Positions 1-13,929 of a DNA stretch of 64,000 nt are shown one piece after another. The position numbers and the translations under genes are program-made. Source of the stretch: Octopus sinensis (lineage: Eukaryota); contig NC_042997.1 in the NCBI RefSeq assembly GCF_006345805.1, positions 185,628,001 to 185,692,000 of the forward strand, written 5' to 3'. The notes beneath the pieces were generated by a model, which was not told the origin of the DNA, searched no databases, and was given only the letters and a program-made list of their open reading frames with translations. Within the stretch, counting starts at the first letter, position 1; each line of letters opens with the position of its first letter.

Positions 1-1193
1 ATGCATCACCCAAAATCTGACATAGAAAGACTATATATACAACGTATAGAAGGTGGTAGAGGCCTTATACAGCTGGAAAACTACTATAAAATAACCACCA
101 TCGGACTGCAAAAATATCTACTTCAGAAGGAAGGAAAACTGATCCAGATAGCGGCAAAACACGAGCAAAACAAACAACTGTTCTCAATATTTAAGGAAGC
201 TGACAAATACAAACAAGAAATCTAATAAACATGAAGAAGAAGAAGATGATGAAGAAACAACAAAAGCTATAAAAAAATGAAATCCAAACTAAAAATAGAA
301 CAGCAATGAACCATGATAAAACGATGGCAAGAAAAGCCCCTTCATGGTAAATACTGGACTAAACTAAACGCAAAAGAAATAGACAAAGAAAAATCCCAGC
401 AATGGTTGAGAAGCTCAGGACTCAAAGCAGAAACAGAGGGATTTTTAATTGCAGCACAAGACCAAAGCCTCCCCACCAGAAATTACCAAAAACATGTAAT
501 GAAAAGAAATATTACAAGTAACTGCAGAATATGTGGAGATGGACAAGAAACAATAAATCATATTATCTCTAGCTGCCCAGTCCTGGCTAAGAAGGAATTA
601 TTCACAGACATGACAGAGTTGGAACTTACATACATTGGAAGCTATGCCAACATTATGGAATAACAACAGAAAAAAGATGGTATAGGCACACACCAGAAAA
701 GGTCACAGAAAACGAGAAAGCAACCATACTCTGGGATATGCCGATACACACAGATAGAGAAATTAAGGCCAACAGACCAGATATAGTTGTCAGAGACCAA
801 GAAGAAAAAAAATGCTTTCTAATTGATGTATCAGTACCGGCAGATGACAACGTGTCTCTAAAAGAAATGGAGAAACTCTCAAAATACAAAGACCTGGAAT
901 AGAGGTAACTAGAATGTGGAATCTGAAAACAGAAACAATTCCTATCATAGTAGGTGCATTAGGCATGATAAAAAAATATTCAGACAAATACATAACAAAA
1001 ACACCAGGACTTACAAACACATATAACATACAGAAAATTGCACTACTAGGCACTGCACACATCCTACGCAGAACACTTTCCATACAATAACCATCAGAGC
1101 ATCACAACAAATCACAGCACATACCCAAGGCACACAGAGCTGCGCTCGGTAGTGAAGTGAAAGCACGCTATAAAAATAAAAATAAAACTACTG
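1..1193 (+). mobile_element. Dong/R4-clade (restriction-like endonuclease) non-LTR retrotransposon, 3' part, decayed; runs off the left edge
   Basis: RT C-terminal motif (LYIQRIEGGRGL), CCHC knuckle (CRICGDGQETINHIISSC), RHD and PD..D endonuclease motifs (RPDIVVRD..LIDVSVP..K.SKYKDL). ORF stop at 1088-1090, ~100-bp 3' UTR, then (TAA)n. In-frame stops at ~225 and ~307 plus frameshifts. Confidence 0.92.
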
Positions 1194-1217
1194 AATAATA
1201 ATAATAATAATGATAAT

Positions 1218-1278
<61 letters not shown>

Positions 1279-1298
1279 GTAATAATAATAATAATAAT
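1194..1298 (+). repeat. (TAA)n tail/target microsatellite of the Dong element
   Basis: Direct reading of the sequence. Confidence 0.95.
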
Positions 1299-2324
1299 AT
1301 ATCAGAAATTCAAAATTCCAACGAAGTGAACATTAGTATAAATATTGTTCTGGGAAAAAGAAAACAATTTTATAATCAAGTGTGTCACCGAGTAAATCTA
1401 GTAAAATTTGAACTATTTCTCACCAAATCAAGGGACAAAGTTATAATACCATACAGCCTTCTTCCCCAGCCAAATATCCACCCTTGTCATCTATCTTCCC
1501 CTGTTCAAGGACTAATCTCATTTATTCCCTTTAATGCGAACTTTTTTCTAAGATATTTTCTGGTGGTGTGACTCCGTCGGATTTCAGCAGCGGCTTTTTT
1601 GCAAACTGCTTAGTACCGGTGATGGACATCCTTTGGTATACAAATCACAATTCTTTATCCAACTAACGGAGGGAAAAAGATTTGTCAATTCAATATAAAC
1701 ACAAACATCTGCTTGGTATTTATATTGATTCCAAAGAGCTGAAACTTACAATGTATAAATTCTTGTTTTGTTAATGTGTAATTTCAAAAAAAATTTGTTT
1801 CCTTGGTTTTCTGTCTCTGTATTCGAAATTTTACGCTACTGGTTAGTTAGAGGACATGTTTGCTAACAAGTTCGTGTTGACTTAACAAAAATAGCTGTTC
1901 AAAACGGTTGGTTATGTTTTTCACAGAATAAACCAGAAAAAAATTAAAAGAAAAAAAAATTAGTATTTACCTTTCTTAAGTTAACAGGAAATTTGTTGAA
2001 ATATATATACATATATATATATATATAAATGTTTTGAAAAATATTCACCAAAACCAATTTGTGATGGAATCGTTAAGTAAAATGCTTTCTCAAAACAAGA
2101 AAACAACCAGTAACAACAGGGCCAGTGGTAGCGGCACTAGCAGCAGAAATAGCAGGAACGACAACAACGACAATGGTAATTGATTTTCGGTTTGGCACAA
2201 GAGCAGCAATTTTTGGTAAGGAGGTTAGTCGATTCCATTATAGTCAGTGCTCAGCAGGTATACGTTATATACACATAGTGTCCGTTTGATTCCAGGACTG
2301 TAAAGAAAGAAGAAAATTTTTTGT

Positions 2325-2666
2325 AAATATATAAACTCATGAAATTTGAAATTGCGAGAATTTGTAACATGAAGCCGTAAATGTTGTACCTGTAATAACT
2401 GGTGCATTAGAAACTGTTAGTAATGAAATAGACAAGCAGTTGAAGGAGTTTGGAATGGAATATCCTGTAGAGATTCTACAGAAAGTTTTTGTTTCTTAAG
2501 AGCAGGAAAGATTAAAGATTATTGAAAGTATGTGGATATGAAAGGTGATAGGTAGTAATACGCTACGAACATGAATTCTTCCAGGAATAAGACCAAGCTG
2601 ACTCAAATCGAACAAAAACGACAAGAACAACACAATTAACAACAACGACAGTAACCACAGTAATAC

Positions 2667-2708
<42 letters not shown>

Positions 2709-2720
2709 GTATTAATAATA
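2325..2720 (+). mobile_element. Old Dong/R4-like 3' end fragment with (TAA)n tail
   Basis: Degenerate translation YKLMKFEIARICNMK..NVVPVITGALETV resembles the RLE C-terminus (YKDLEIEITRMWNLK..IPIIVGALG); followed by (TAA)n at ~2668-2720. Confidence 0.6.
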
Positions 2721-3030
2721 AAAATCAGAAATTAAAAAATCCAACGAGGTGTACATCTGTACATATATATATATATATATATATGTATAATTAATCAATA
2801 TAGGGTAGCAAAAAATTCAATAGAAATTTTTTCGCCACCAGCGGTCTAGTGAGAAAGAGAAATTAGTCAGAGACTATATATATAAATTCAACAATATTGA
2901 GGAACGGCCTCAATAGGCCATTCGACCCACTAGAAAGAGCAGCCAGGACTCAAACCGCCAAGTAGTAGTAATTTAGAAATTAAAGGAAAATTAAAAAACA
3001 TTTACTCTTAAATGGTTTTTAAAGGTTCCT

Positions 3031-3072
<42 letters not shown>

Positions 3073-3229
3073 TTTGCTAGCAGTAATTAAAATAGAACAA
3101 GGAAACAGTTGGAATCTCCATATACTCTGATTGATGATACATCTAGTGATGGTGTCACAATAAAAAGAATGGTAAATGCGCAACCTGATAATCGCTACCT
3201 CATATGAGTCACAATGAAAAAATATTGTG

Positions 3230-4130
3230 AATAACGGTGGTAGTGAAACTAAAGCCCTTGATGGTGACATTGTTACACTCGGCAGGCTCAGAGATACTGG
3301 TCCAACTCCAACCTGTCGTTATCCAGCAGAGGACCGGCACATACGGTGTGGATGGCACAAACAAGTCAATGCAGTGCTCATGGAGTTTTGCTACCCGAGC
3401 AACCCCGTGGACGAAAATGGTGTTCATCTTGGGGGATACTGACAACGTATATATGATCGATGGAGAGAAAAAGAATGGTTTCAACTCATGGAACAGAGAT
3501 TATGTGATCAAGCTAGAGAAATAAACAAAAATCGTTGGTTCACAGAAGTAGAGCTCGAAGCTATCTAAAAGTCGGGTAATGGAAACAGCAGTAGAGGACG
3601 ATAAAAATACAGTTCCTACTGATAAAAGTAATTTCAGAGCGGAAAACAGAGGTGAACTCTCTAATAAACCAGCCATTGTTCGTCACTGGTCCAGAGAGAA
3701 TATAAGAGACGTCATGACAATAAAGCAAGGATTGTACATTGGACACTTTGCAAGAAGTATGGACTTGGCAGAGAAAAAAGTGGTATGAACATAATCCCGA
3801 AGGCATCATCGAAAACGATAATGCAAAGATCCAATGGAATTTTATGATTCAGTGCGACCATAAGAGAGACAATAGAAAACCAGACATAGTGTTAATTGAG
3901 AGAGAAAGCAAACGATACTGGATCATAGATATAGCATTCCCAGCTGACAACAAAGTATGCTATGAGGAAGAAAGAAAAGTCGATAGATGACAGGTTAGCT
4001 TGGGAGGTTAAGAAGTTATGGTCAACGAAAAAGGTGGTAGCAGTGACAATAACTATCGGAGCCCTGTAAACAGTGAGGATAAATTTCGAGAAGTACATTG
4101 AACGAATAGGGGCTGCAATAGGGATTGATC
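3230..4130 (+). mobile_element. Second, divergent Dong/R4-like element, internally deleted (N-terminal Myb-like region joined to endonuclease, RT missing)
   Basis: W..QVNAVLMEFCYPSNP..GGY*QRIYDRW..EQRLCDQAREINKNRWFTEVELEAI (R4/Dong N-terminal motif) at ~3340-3570, then YKRRHDNKARIVHWTLCKKYG..WYEHNP..RKPDIVLI..IIDIAFP from ~3700. Confidence 0.8.
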
Positions 4131-5430
4131 CTATGAGGAGCTTTGTAGAGAATTAATAGTTGTTGGAGACTCAACTAATTTTGTAATTTCTGAGACTGTA
4201 AAAAAGATCGTCAGCCTTTCTACCGCAGTCTTTCCTGTGATCAAGATGCGTCAGTGCAGATTTGGCGTCATATATCATGGTTTCATATTGATGATGATCA
4301 TGTTTGAAATGTAATTGAGTAAAGAATAGTGGTGTTACCAGAGTAGGATTAGCGCTGTTGGATGCAACAGCAAGAAGGTGATATGTAAAAGGAAAAAATA
4401 TTTAGGACAAACCCGAAACTTGAGTAAATAACTTAGTGTAGAGTCCAAAACGTTGCCCTCTGTTGCTCTAAGAAGTATTTTCATTTCAGCTATGAACATG
4501 CGATTATGAGCTAATGATATGATAAATTTATATACCATATGGTGGTTTCTCACGTCCCTGACAACGTGTGACTGTATAGCAATACTATGCACTTTAGCAA
4601 ACAATGACTATGCAATGCACAAAACGTTTTGCAAATGATAATAGAAAATGAAGGCGAATATAAGAACGGAAAACAAAAGAATAAAATGAAATAAAAGTAG
4701 TAAAACAAATACAAATATGTTGAAAGTAAATGATGGCTAAATGGAAATTGGTGACATGAATCAACTGCGGATTTGGAAATGTAACGACAAACCTGTTAGA
4801 TGTGAATTTACACATAAAACATTCGGGAAATTTGAATATTTAAGAGATATAGTATAATTCAGATCTATAACAGTCGTCATAGTGTTTAGCAGAAATCTCA
4901 GCAAAAATATACCAGACTTCGGTTGTTTCTTCGATACAGCTGTTCTTGAGCCACCACAGAATTTGCAATGAAAATCTTCACCAAGTACGTCTCATAGAAT
5001 AGAGCGAATTTAAGCAACTGTGAAGAAATATACACTCATGAATAAAGCAAATGTATCTTGAAATATACCATTAGATTATCCGGCAATAAATATCAGTTTT
5101 CGCATGAAGACATTTATAACCAGAACATATATAGTAAATTATTGCTTCTTGAAGTAAATAACGTATCATATTAAACTGTACTTTTGTCTCTTATATTATA
5201 TAACCATAGGAAGTTTTGTGATTGACGTTTTGCAAATGGATATTTTGAAATGTTAGTCAACATAAAAATATTTTGAAATGATAGTCAGCATATAAATAAT
5301 TTTACGTCCGATATATCTTTATAGGAAGATTAGTTGTTGAAATGTAGCATATATTGCAGTGAAGTTTCAATGAAGGACTGAGTGTCTCGACGTCGACAGT
5401 AGAGATAAGTGTAAATTATTCTTTAGTATT

Positions 5431-5762
5431 GAGACCCACTTCGGTCACGATACTGACCATGGGATTGCACCTAGAAAGTTACCCTCCGAGGCACAAGTCC
5501 GGGCAAGGTTGTTTATGGAAGACCAGCAGTCGCCCATGCATACCGGCCTCCCCGCTCCATGCCACCAGTGTTATCCAAAGGAAAGGCAAGGGCCGATACA
5601 GCCTGGTACCTGCGACGTCGCAACTCATTTCTACAGCTGAGTGAACTGGAGCAACGTGAAATAAAGTGTCTTGCTTAAGAACACAACACGCAACCCGGTC
5701 CGAAATACGAGCTGACAACCTCACAATCGTAAGCTCGACGCTCTAACCACTGAGCCATGCGC
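5431..5762 (-). mobile_element. tRNA-derived SINE (family C)
   Basis: Minus strand starts GCGCATGGCTCAGTGGTTAGAGCG (A box); central GTGTTGTGTTCTTAAGCAAGACACTTTATTTCACGTTGCTCCAG domain shared with the copy at 57679. Confidence 0.8.
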
Positions 5763-6620
5763 GTATGATCAATAATCTTGATCTTTCGTAAAGGCGAATT
5801 TAACATGGCCTTTAATAACTGTACTTCAGATCGTGGATGAAATAGGAAGGAGGACATCAAACGCTGGTAGGAAGTAAGAACAAGCTGGAAGAAGAAACTG
5901 CTTTACGTGTTCGTCACAAACTGATCATAAACCTGAAAAACATCAGATGTTACAGAATGAGATTTTATTGATCATAGGCAATTGCACTGATCAAACCGCT
6001 GAACAGAGAATCATATGTGATTAAAAATAGGTTCCTTGTGACAATTTGAAGTATGCACGCTACATACTTTGGAAATTGAAGTGTTTGATCTACATTAAAA
6101 ATTTAGTTATTCTCAAAACCTATGTTTCAGTTAACTTGCACGGGAACATTATAACATATCATCCATAATAAATCCCTAATTCCTGGAAACACAATTATTA
6201 TAGATAAGTGTTAATAGAAATTGAACGATATGAATCCGAAAGTTTATTTCAGAATAATCGAAGGATTTCACTTCAGATCACGTTTGCATTTTTCGAATCA
6301 ATTAGCGTAGCTTTACATCACCCATCTTATTCTGCGGCTCCTTTGCTTCTTTAGATTTGTATTGTTTTATGTACATTATTTACAATAATCATTTACAGAA
6401 AACAATCAATCAAAGAAAGCCCTAAAATAGTTTATCAAGTCTCAAAATATTCATTTGTAAGAGATATCAAATCTTTGACAAAGGTGCAAAGACCACACGG
6501 AGGTAAATTTGATTCAAACATGCATTTATGACCTTCGAACAACTCTCTCCAAGAAAAGCACATACATTTGAAAAACTAAAGGTAGTGTAGTATACTAGAA
6601 GAATCATTTAATAGTTGATT

Positions 6621-7029
6621 CTTGTCTTTTATTCCTTTTCTTTGTTTCAGTCATTTGACTGCGGCCATGCTGGATCACCGCCTTTAGTCGAACATTTCGA
6701 CCTCAGGACTGTTTTGCCGAACCGTTAAGTTACAGGGACGTAAACATACCAACATTGGTGTCAAGCGATGGTGGCGGGAACAAACACAGACACACAAATA
6801 CATACATACACACACATATATATAAACACACACACACATATATATATATATACTGTGGGCTTCCTTCAGTTTCCGTCCACCATATCCACTCACAAGGCTT
6901 TGGTCGGACTATGGCTATAGTAGAAGACACTTGCCCACGGTAACACGCAGCGGGACTGAACCCGGAACTGAACCCGGAACCATGTGGTTGGGAAGCAAGC
7001 TTCTTACCACACAACCACTTCTGCACCTA
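6621..7029 (-). mobile_element. tRNA-derived SINE (family A, abundant) with internal microsatellite
   Basis: Head AGGTGCAGAAGTGGTTGTGTGGTAAG..GGTTCCGGGTTCAG, tail GCATGGCCGCAGTCAAATGACTGAAACAA; homologous to more than 8 other copies in the window. Confidence 0.9.
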
Positions 7030-10000
7030 TTGTATACATTTAGAAAGAGAGTCTGTTTTGTAGGTTGTGAATTAAAAGTTGTGTGGTTTGAACACGCAAG
7101 CAAGTGATTCGGACGAAGTTACTATAAAGCATCAAATTCATAATTCATTTGCCCCTCTCATCTTCACCACTGATTTGTTTACTGCGTATAGCTTTTAAAA
7201 CAAACAAAAAATAAAAAAGAGGCAAAAAATCAAAGCTTAGTGTATGTCTTCCCAGTATTTTTTTTTCATTCTTACATTCTCATGTTCCATTCCGGTCAAT
7301 GATATCACTCATGCGTTATGCTAGCATTGAAAAAACAAAGATTTTATCTGTGTCTACATCCATACCTATATTATCTGATATATAAGATTCATCAGCTGTT
7401 GTTGTGCTGTCCATTTGACACATGGGAAATAATTCCGGGTATTATTTTTACTTAATACCTTTTTCTGTGAGGTCGCAGCAGTTCAGCTGTTTAAATCTGA
7501 GTACCACTCTGCAGAAAAAAAAATCGATCATATTGCTTTAATTCAGATACTTTACTCTTCAAAAATGTCTCAGTATAATGAATTAACACAAATACTATAT
7601 CATCAAAGAAAGTAATGTCATTTAGTCCTCTCTCTTACAGTCTAGTTTCTATTCATAACGGGCATTATTTTACTTCTTACTAAACTAGATTCATTAAAAA
7701 CAAATAACTATTACTAATGGTTCAGTATTTCAGTGGAATATACCATTTTATGGTAAACTACGTGGTAAATGTGAATATGTAATAAATCACGATCGTTGTT
7801 GCTTTGTTTAGCTTCAAATCAGACCTACAGTGATATTTTTTAAAGCCGTGTCTGCCCTATTTACTACCGCATATCTTATTTGGCTGGTAATTGTAGAGGG
7901 TTGACTACCAGCTTAGCGGTTTCCTCATCGACACGTTATTGTATGTGTTACTATAATAATTTTCAGATATTTTATAATATATTATGATTAATATCAGGAA
8001 ATCAATATTAGAAAATTATTCAGAAAGATATATGCGTGTGTAAAATAATTATTGTATTAAAAATATAAATATATGTAAATGTATATAAGTATAAATATAT
8101 AATGTATATGACAGTTTGAAAGTTTTGAATTAAGTTTTTAAAGCATCTTACGATCGTTTCACAGAATTGCCGTCCCTATAATGGAATCCTATATTGATAA
8201 GCATTCATAGACATCTCTTCTTCTCTTCAGAGATATAAAATTTGAATTTTGTATAATATATCGAATGATAGTTTTTTTTTTTTAATTTGAAGTAATACTA
8301 TAAAATGGTGCTTGTTTGAAATATAAATGAAAAATTTAAAATTACTGCTTTTGATTTTGGTAATTACACTTCAGTATGAGAATCTTTAAATCCATATATA
8401 ATTATATAAATTATATAATAATTTTCATAATTATTGATATCGACAAGATATCAATATGAAAATAGTCATTGATATTCTTGCCTAAAAATCACAATCCTGA
8501 TAATGAGCGTCATCATCGTCGTCGTCATCATTTTAATTTAAGAAGTAGCAACACTAAATCATTTGTATTGTTCACATTTGCTCTAATTGTGTTCACTGAT
8601 GAGTCAAGTAATGCATGGATATTTTACTAAAAGTATGTATGATAAACTATAATAAAAACTGTAAAATAAAGGTCAGTCATCAATGACTCTTGACACTTAA
8701 TATATTTTCTAATGAAAATCTTGTACATAGCGATTTGTCATGAAGGTACAATACCTCAATTCTTAGACACAGTTGGGCATGTGTGGTGCGAGTGCTTTAT
8801 GAAGGTTTTACAGACATACGTATACGTACACATATGCTCCCACAGATATATACATATTTATATATGTATATATAATATACCTACAATAGCCACACTAACT
8901 TCTTAGTCATGATAAGCACAAGCAAAACCAGTCGACTATGTAAATTTGTTTTTTGGTATATGTTATATATCATCCAACATAAAATTTCTTTTCCTTCAAT
9001 TTCCTTACTTTTCATATTTTTCGCTACAATTTACTGCGCGCAATTTAATACATACATAGGTGCACCGCGTGCAATATATATGTATTACTTCTCCGCCAGG
9101 ATATCGAACACCGGTCTCCCGTATGACAAGCGAGGATACTTGTTATTATACTACCATGATAAAGAAAAATCAATAAATTCTGAGATTTGTATATGATTAA
9201 TAGTGTGACTGTGTGTATGTTTACTCGTGTGTGTATGGGCGTGCGCGTTAAAAGAATATTTCTTAGATTTATATGAGAATTTTACATTATACGAGAGAGC
9301 TTTAGTTAACTGAAACACCCCAAGTACACGACTGGTACTTATTATCATGACGTTCCCAATGACATTAAGCTGGTATCGTGTGTGATGATAAAACCTCAAC
9401 TCATAATATCGAATGATATCAAAGAATCTTCTGACGACATATTTAATCTTTTTCTGTAGCTGGCCTACTTCTGTTCCAATATCTTTTGAAAGAAATGATT
9501 AATGATTGATCGATTGATAGATTTATATATGTTAATCAAACATCAACATCGTATGGAACAATGCTATCAACAAATTTGGTGCATTCGGTCTCTTTATCAT
9601 ATCCCATAGTATCATCAAAGTGCTAAGCATTATTATCAATATCATTGTCATCGTTATCGGTGTGGCTCCCATGATTCTCATCATTACTGATATTATCTCC
9701 AAATATTAAAAATAAAAATAAATGCTTCCTTACTGTGTCTCTTTATGATCGTTTAATTTCGTTTCATTTTCTGGTTCGAAATTTACTTTCCTGAAGCACT
9801 ATGTCCGTTAAGATATTTTCAATAAAACCACTTTAAATCTCTTATCCAAATTTACCTTTGATTATATAGTTTAGATTATGAGTTTTTTCTTTCTGTTTTT
9901 TCTATTTTATTTTTGTTTTATTTTTCTATCTCTTTGCCTGACTGCATCATTAAAGTTCTTTTATGATAGAGACATTCCCTTTTATTTTGTACTCGATTAT

Positions 10001-10062
10001 TTCCCTTGATTGCAAATGGTAACATTTCCCTCATCTTTTCATCTCAGTATCTTCTTGACGTT

Positions 10063-10450
<388 letters not shown>

Positions 10451-10919
10451 TTACATTGCTGAAAATATTCTGTTCCTTGTGTTTTTTATGGCTTCTTGTT
10501 TTTGAGGCCACTTCCCAAGTGTATGCTTCTTGAGTGCATCAGTTGTATGTTATTTCTTTGATTTTTATCCTTGTTGCAGTTTAAACATTCAGGTTATTCT
10601 TAGTTTTGATAGAAATAAACCAGCCTATAAAAACCAATCTTCTTCATTTTTAACGTTGACCTCAAACTCAGGCAGTGATCCAATGAAGCAGAAACGCAAT
10701 CTTTGAGAATTTCTTTCTTCTAGTTTCATTTAATGGCGGCATATTACATCTAGTTCATTAATTCAAAGATATTTCGCATCCCTTTCATGGCCTCTTTAAA
10801 CGTTTTCTGCAGCTACGCTTGATTATTTGGTGCAAGTTTCTCTTCTTGTCAGATACATACTTTTGGCAGAATACGTACCTTATTTTCCCCTATATCATAT
10901 ACATATACTTACAAACAAA

Positions 10920-11152
10920 CATACATGCATGCAAACACACACACACACACATATATATATATACATATATGTGTACATATCTGTATACATATACATATAC
11001 ATATAGATATACATATATAAATATACATATGTATATATACATGTATATATATATGCATAGATATATATATAGAAATATATATACACACACGCATATCTAT
11101 CGATTTATCTATCTATTTGCTTATATATATATATACACATAAATATATGAGA

Positions 11153-11184
<32 letters not shown>

Positions 11185-11185
11185 G

Positions 11186-11227
<42 letters not shown>

Positions 11228-11320
11228 TATATACATGCATATATACATGTGTGTGTGTGTGTGTATGTGTGTGTGCGTGCGTGCGTGTATTCGCGTGCGT
11301 GCGTCTGTGCATGTATATAT
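10920..11320. repeat. Compound TA/CA/TG microsatellite
   Basis: Direct reading. Confidence 0.9.
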
Positions 11321-11628
11321 ACCCTTTCATACACTGTTTTAAAAGATATACTTTATATCTTATAGTAATTGGGGGAAATCCCGTTGCGCTGAATCAATGA
11401 CTTGTTTTCAAGTTCCAGTTCTAGCTACTTCACTTGTTTCTGTAAATTGAAGAATGTCCTCCTGAATGACACGAAATTTGCATTATATTCACGGCACAAC
11501 TAATCACCTATTCACGGATAATGTGCTGTGAACTACATTCTATCAAAGTGTTGATAGCACATTTAGTAGAATGTTAACTGCTAATTACGTATATGAATAC
11601 ATGCAACAATCTATGTACGTACAGAAAG

Positions 11629-11732
<104 letters not shown>

Positions 11733-12092
11733 TAAGCAATAAGGGTTCAGCAACGAATTGCCTTACCACATACCGAATTTAGAAATAGCAGTCAAAGGGT
11801 TATAGCTATTTCTTCTACAAAAAAGGGAGATCTCAGTAAAAACAGCAATTGGAAGGCTGACACAAACAGGTAAGAGAGAATGAATTAATATGAATATTTT
11901 ATCTCAGTAGATGACTACAGCATCTTGTTTTGGCTACACGCGGGTGGGAAGGGGCTGTTGACACAATCGTTTCATTCACAAATTTGAATTCGGTGATACT
12001 AGTTGAGGATTCTAGCTCGCTCTGATACTGAGTTGAGTTGGTACCTCCTAGTATCTCAAAATTCAATATATAATCATTTATGATTATAGTAT

Positions 12093-12199
12093 TCCACGCT
12101 GAAGAGAAAAGAAGTTTCGGTAAGATAGAATTATTTAATATTTAATATTTTAATTCTTATGCTTTCCTATGACTTGATTTCGAAACGTACGTCCGTGGA
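12093..12199 (+). ncRNA. Type I minimal hammerhead ribozyme, copy 1
   Basis: Stem I TCCACG/CGTGGA, core CTGAAGA, long stem II (GAAA..AAGT..AGAATTA / TAATTCT..ACTT..TTTC), GAAAC-GTAC-GTC with palindromic loop 3; predicted cleavage after C12193. Confidence 0.85.
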
Positions 12200-12692
12200 T
12201 AACTTTAAAAATGTTTGATAGATTGCGGTTAATTCATTCTCTCTTACCTGTTTGTGTCAGCCTTCCAATTGCTGTTTTTACTGAGATCTCCTTTTTTGTA
12301 GAAGAAATAGCTATAACCCTTTGACTGCTATTTCTAAATTCGGTATGTGGTAAGGCAATTCGTTGCTGAACCCTTATTGCTTAGTATTACTTAAATTTTC
12401 CTCAAATGAGGCTTTTACATGCCGAAGACTACTTGGTGTAATTGATAATTATTCCAAATTAATTAATTTCACCCTTCATTATTACGGATAACCATATTTT
12501 ATCTCAGTAGATGACTACAGCATCTTGTTTTGGCTACACGCGGGTGGGAAGGGGCTGTTGACACAATCGTTTCATTCACAAATTTGAATTCGGTGATACT
12601 AGTTGAGGATTCTAGCTCGCTCTGATACTGAGTTGAGTTGGTACCTCCTAGTATCTCAAAATTCAATATATAATCATTTATGATTATAGTAT

Positions 12693-12799
12693 TCCACGCT
12701 GAAGAGAAAAGAAGTTTCGGTAAGATAGAATTATTTAATATTTAATATTTTAATTCTTATGCTTTCCTAAGACTTGATTTCGAAACGTACGTCCGTGGA
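12693..12799 (+). ncRNA. Type I minimal hammerhead ribozyme, copy 2
   Basis: Same motif 600 bp downstream; predicted cleavage after 12793. Confidence 0.85.
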
Positions 12800-13293
12800 T
12801 AACTTTAAAAATGTTTGATAGATTGCGGTTAATTCATTCTCTCTTACCTGTTTGTGTCAGCCTTCCAATTGCTGTTTTTACTGAGATCTCCCTTTTTTGT
12901 AGAAGAAATAGCTATAACCCTTTGACTGCTATTTCTAAATTCGGTATGTGGTAAGGCAATTCGTTGCTGAACCCTTATTGCTTAGTATTACTTAAATTTT
13001 CCTCAAATGAGGCTTTTACATGCCGAAGACTACTTGGTGTAATTGATAATTATTCCAAATTAATTAATTTCACCCTTCATTATTACGGATAACCATATTT
13101 TATCTCAGTAGATGACTACAGCATCTTGTTTTGGCTACACGCGGGTGGGAAGGGGCTGTTGACACAATCGTTTCATTCACAAATTTGAATTCGGTGATAC
13201 TAGTTGAGGATTCTAGCTCGCTCTGATACTGAGTTGAGTTGGTACCTCCTAGTATCTCAAAATTCAATATATAATCATTTATGATTATAGTAT

Positions 13294-13399
13294 TCCACGC
13301 TGAAGAGAAAAGAAGTTTCGGTAAGATAGAATTATTTAATATTAATATTTTAATTCTTATGCTTTCCTAAGACTTGATTTCGAAACGTACGTCCGTGGA
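13294..13399 (+). ncRNA. Type I minimal hammerhead ribozyme, copy 3
   Basis: Same motif; predicted cleavage after 13393. Confidence 0.85.
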
Positions 13400-13887
13400 T
13401 AACTTTAAAAATGTTTGATAGATTGCGGTTAATTCATTCTCTCTTACCTGTTTGTGTCAGCCTTCCAATTGCTGTTTTTACTGAGATCTCCCTTTTTTGT
13501 AGAAGAAATAGCTATAACCCTTTGACTGCTATTTCTAAATTCGGTATGTGGTAAGGCAATTCGTTGCTGAACCCTTATTGCTTAGTATTACTTAAATTTT
13601 CCTCAAATGAGGCTTTTACATGCCGAAGACTACTTGGTGTAATTGATAATTATTCCAAATTAATTAATTTCACCCTTCATTATTACGGATAACTATATAT
13701 ATATATATATATACAAATATGTACACAAATATGTACACGAATAAATACAAATCTATAAGTAAATATGTACTCGTTTGCTTGTATTTATGTATGACTAAAT
13801 ATGTATATCTCTCTGCCAATATATACATATGTATATAAGTATGTATATATAAGATATATATATATATATATACGTTACGTATATATA

Positions 13888-13929
<42 letters not shown>

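Noticed and set aside
2786-3082. Possible Penelope-like remnant (short inverted matches TATTGAGGAAC/GTTCCTCAATA and TAGCAAAAAATT/AATTTTTTGCTA)
   Set aside because: Matches are only 11-12 bp and no clear hammerhead core could be read.
11894-13693. CRISPR array or simple satellite
   Set aside because: Units are identical throughout with no unique spacers; eukaryotic context; the ribozyme and inverted cap point to a retroelement.
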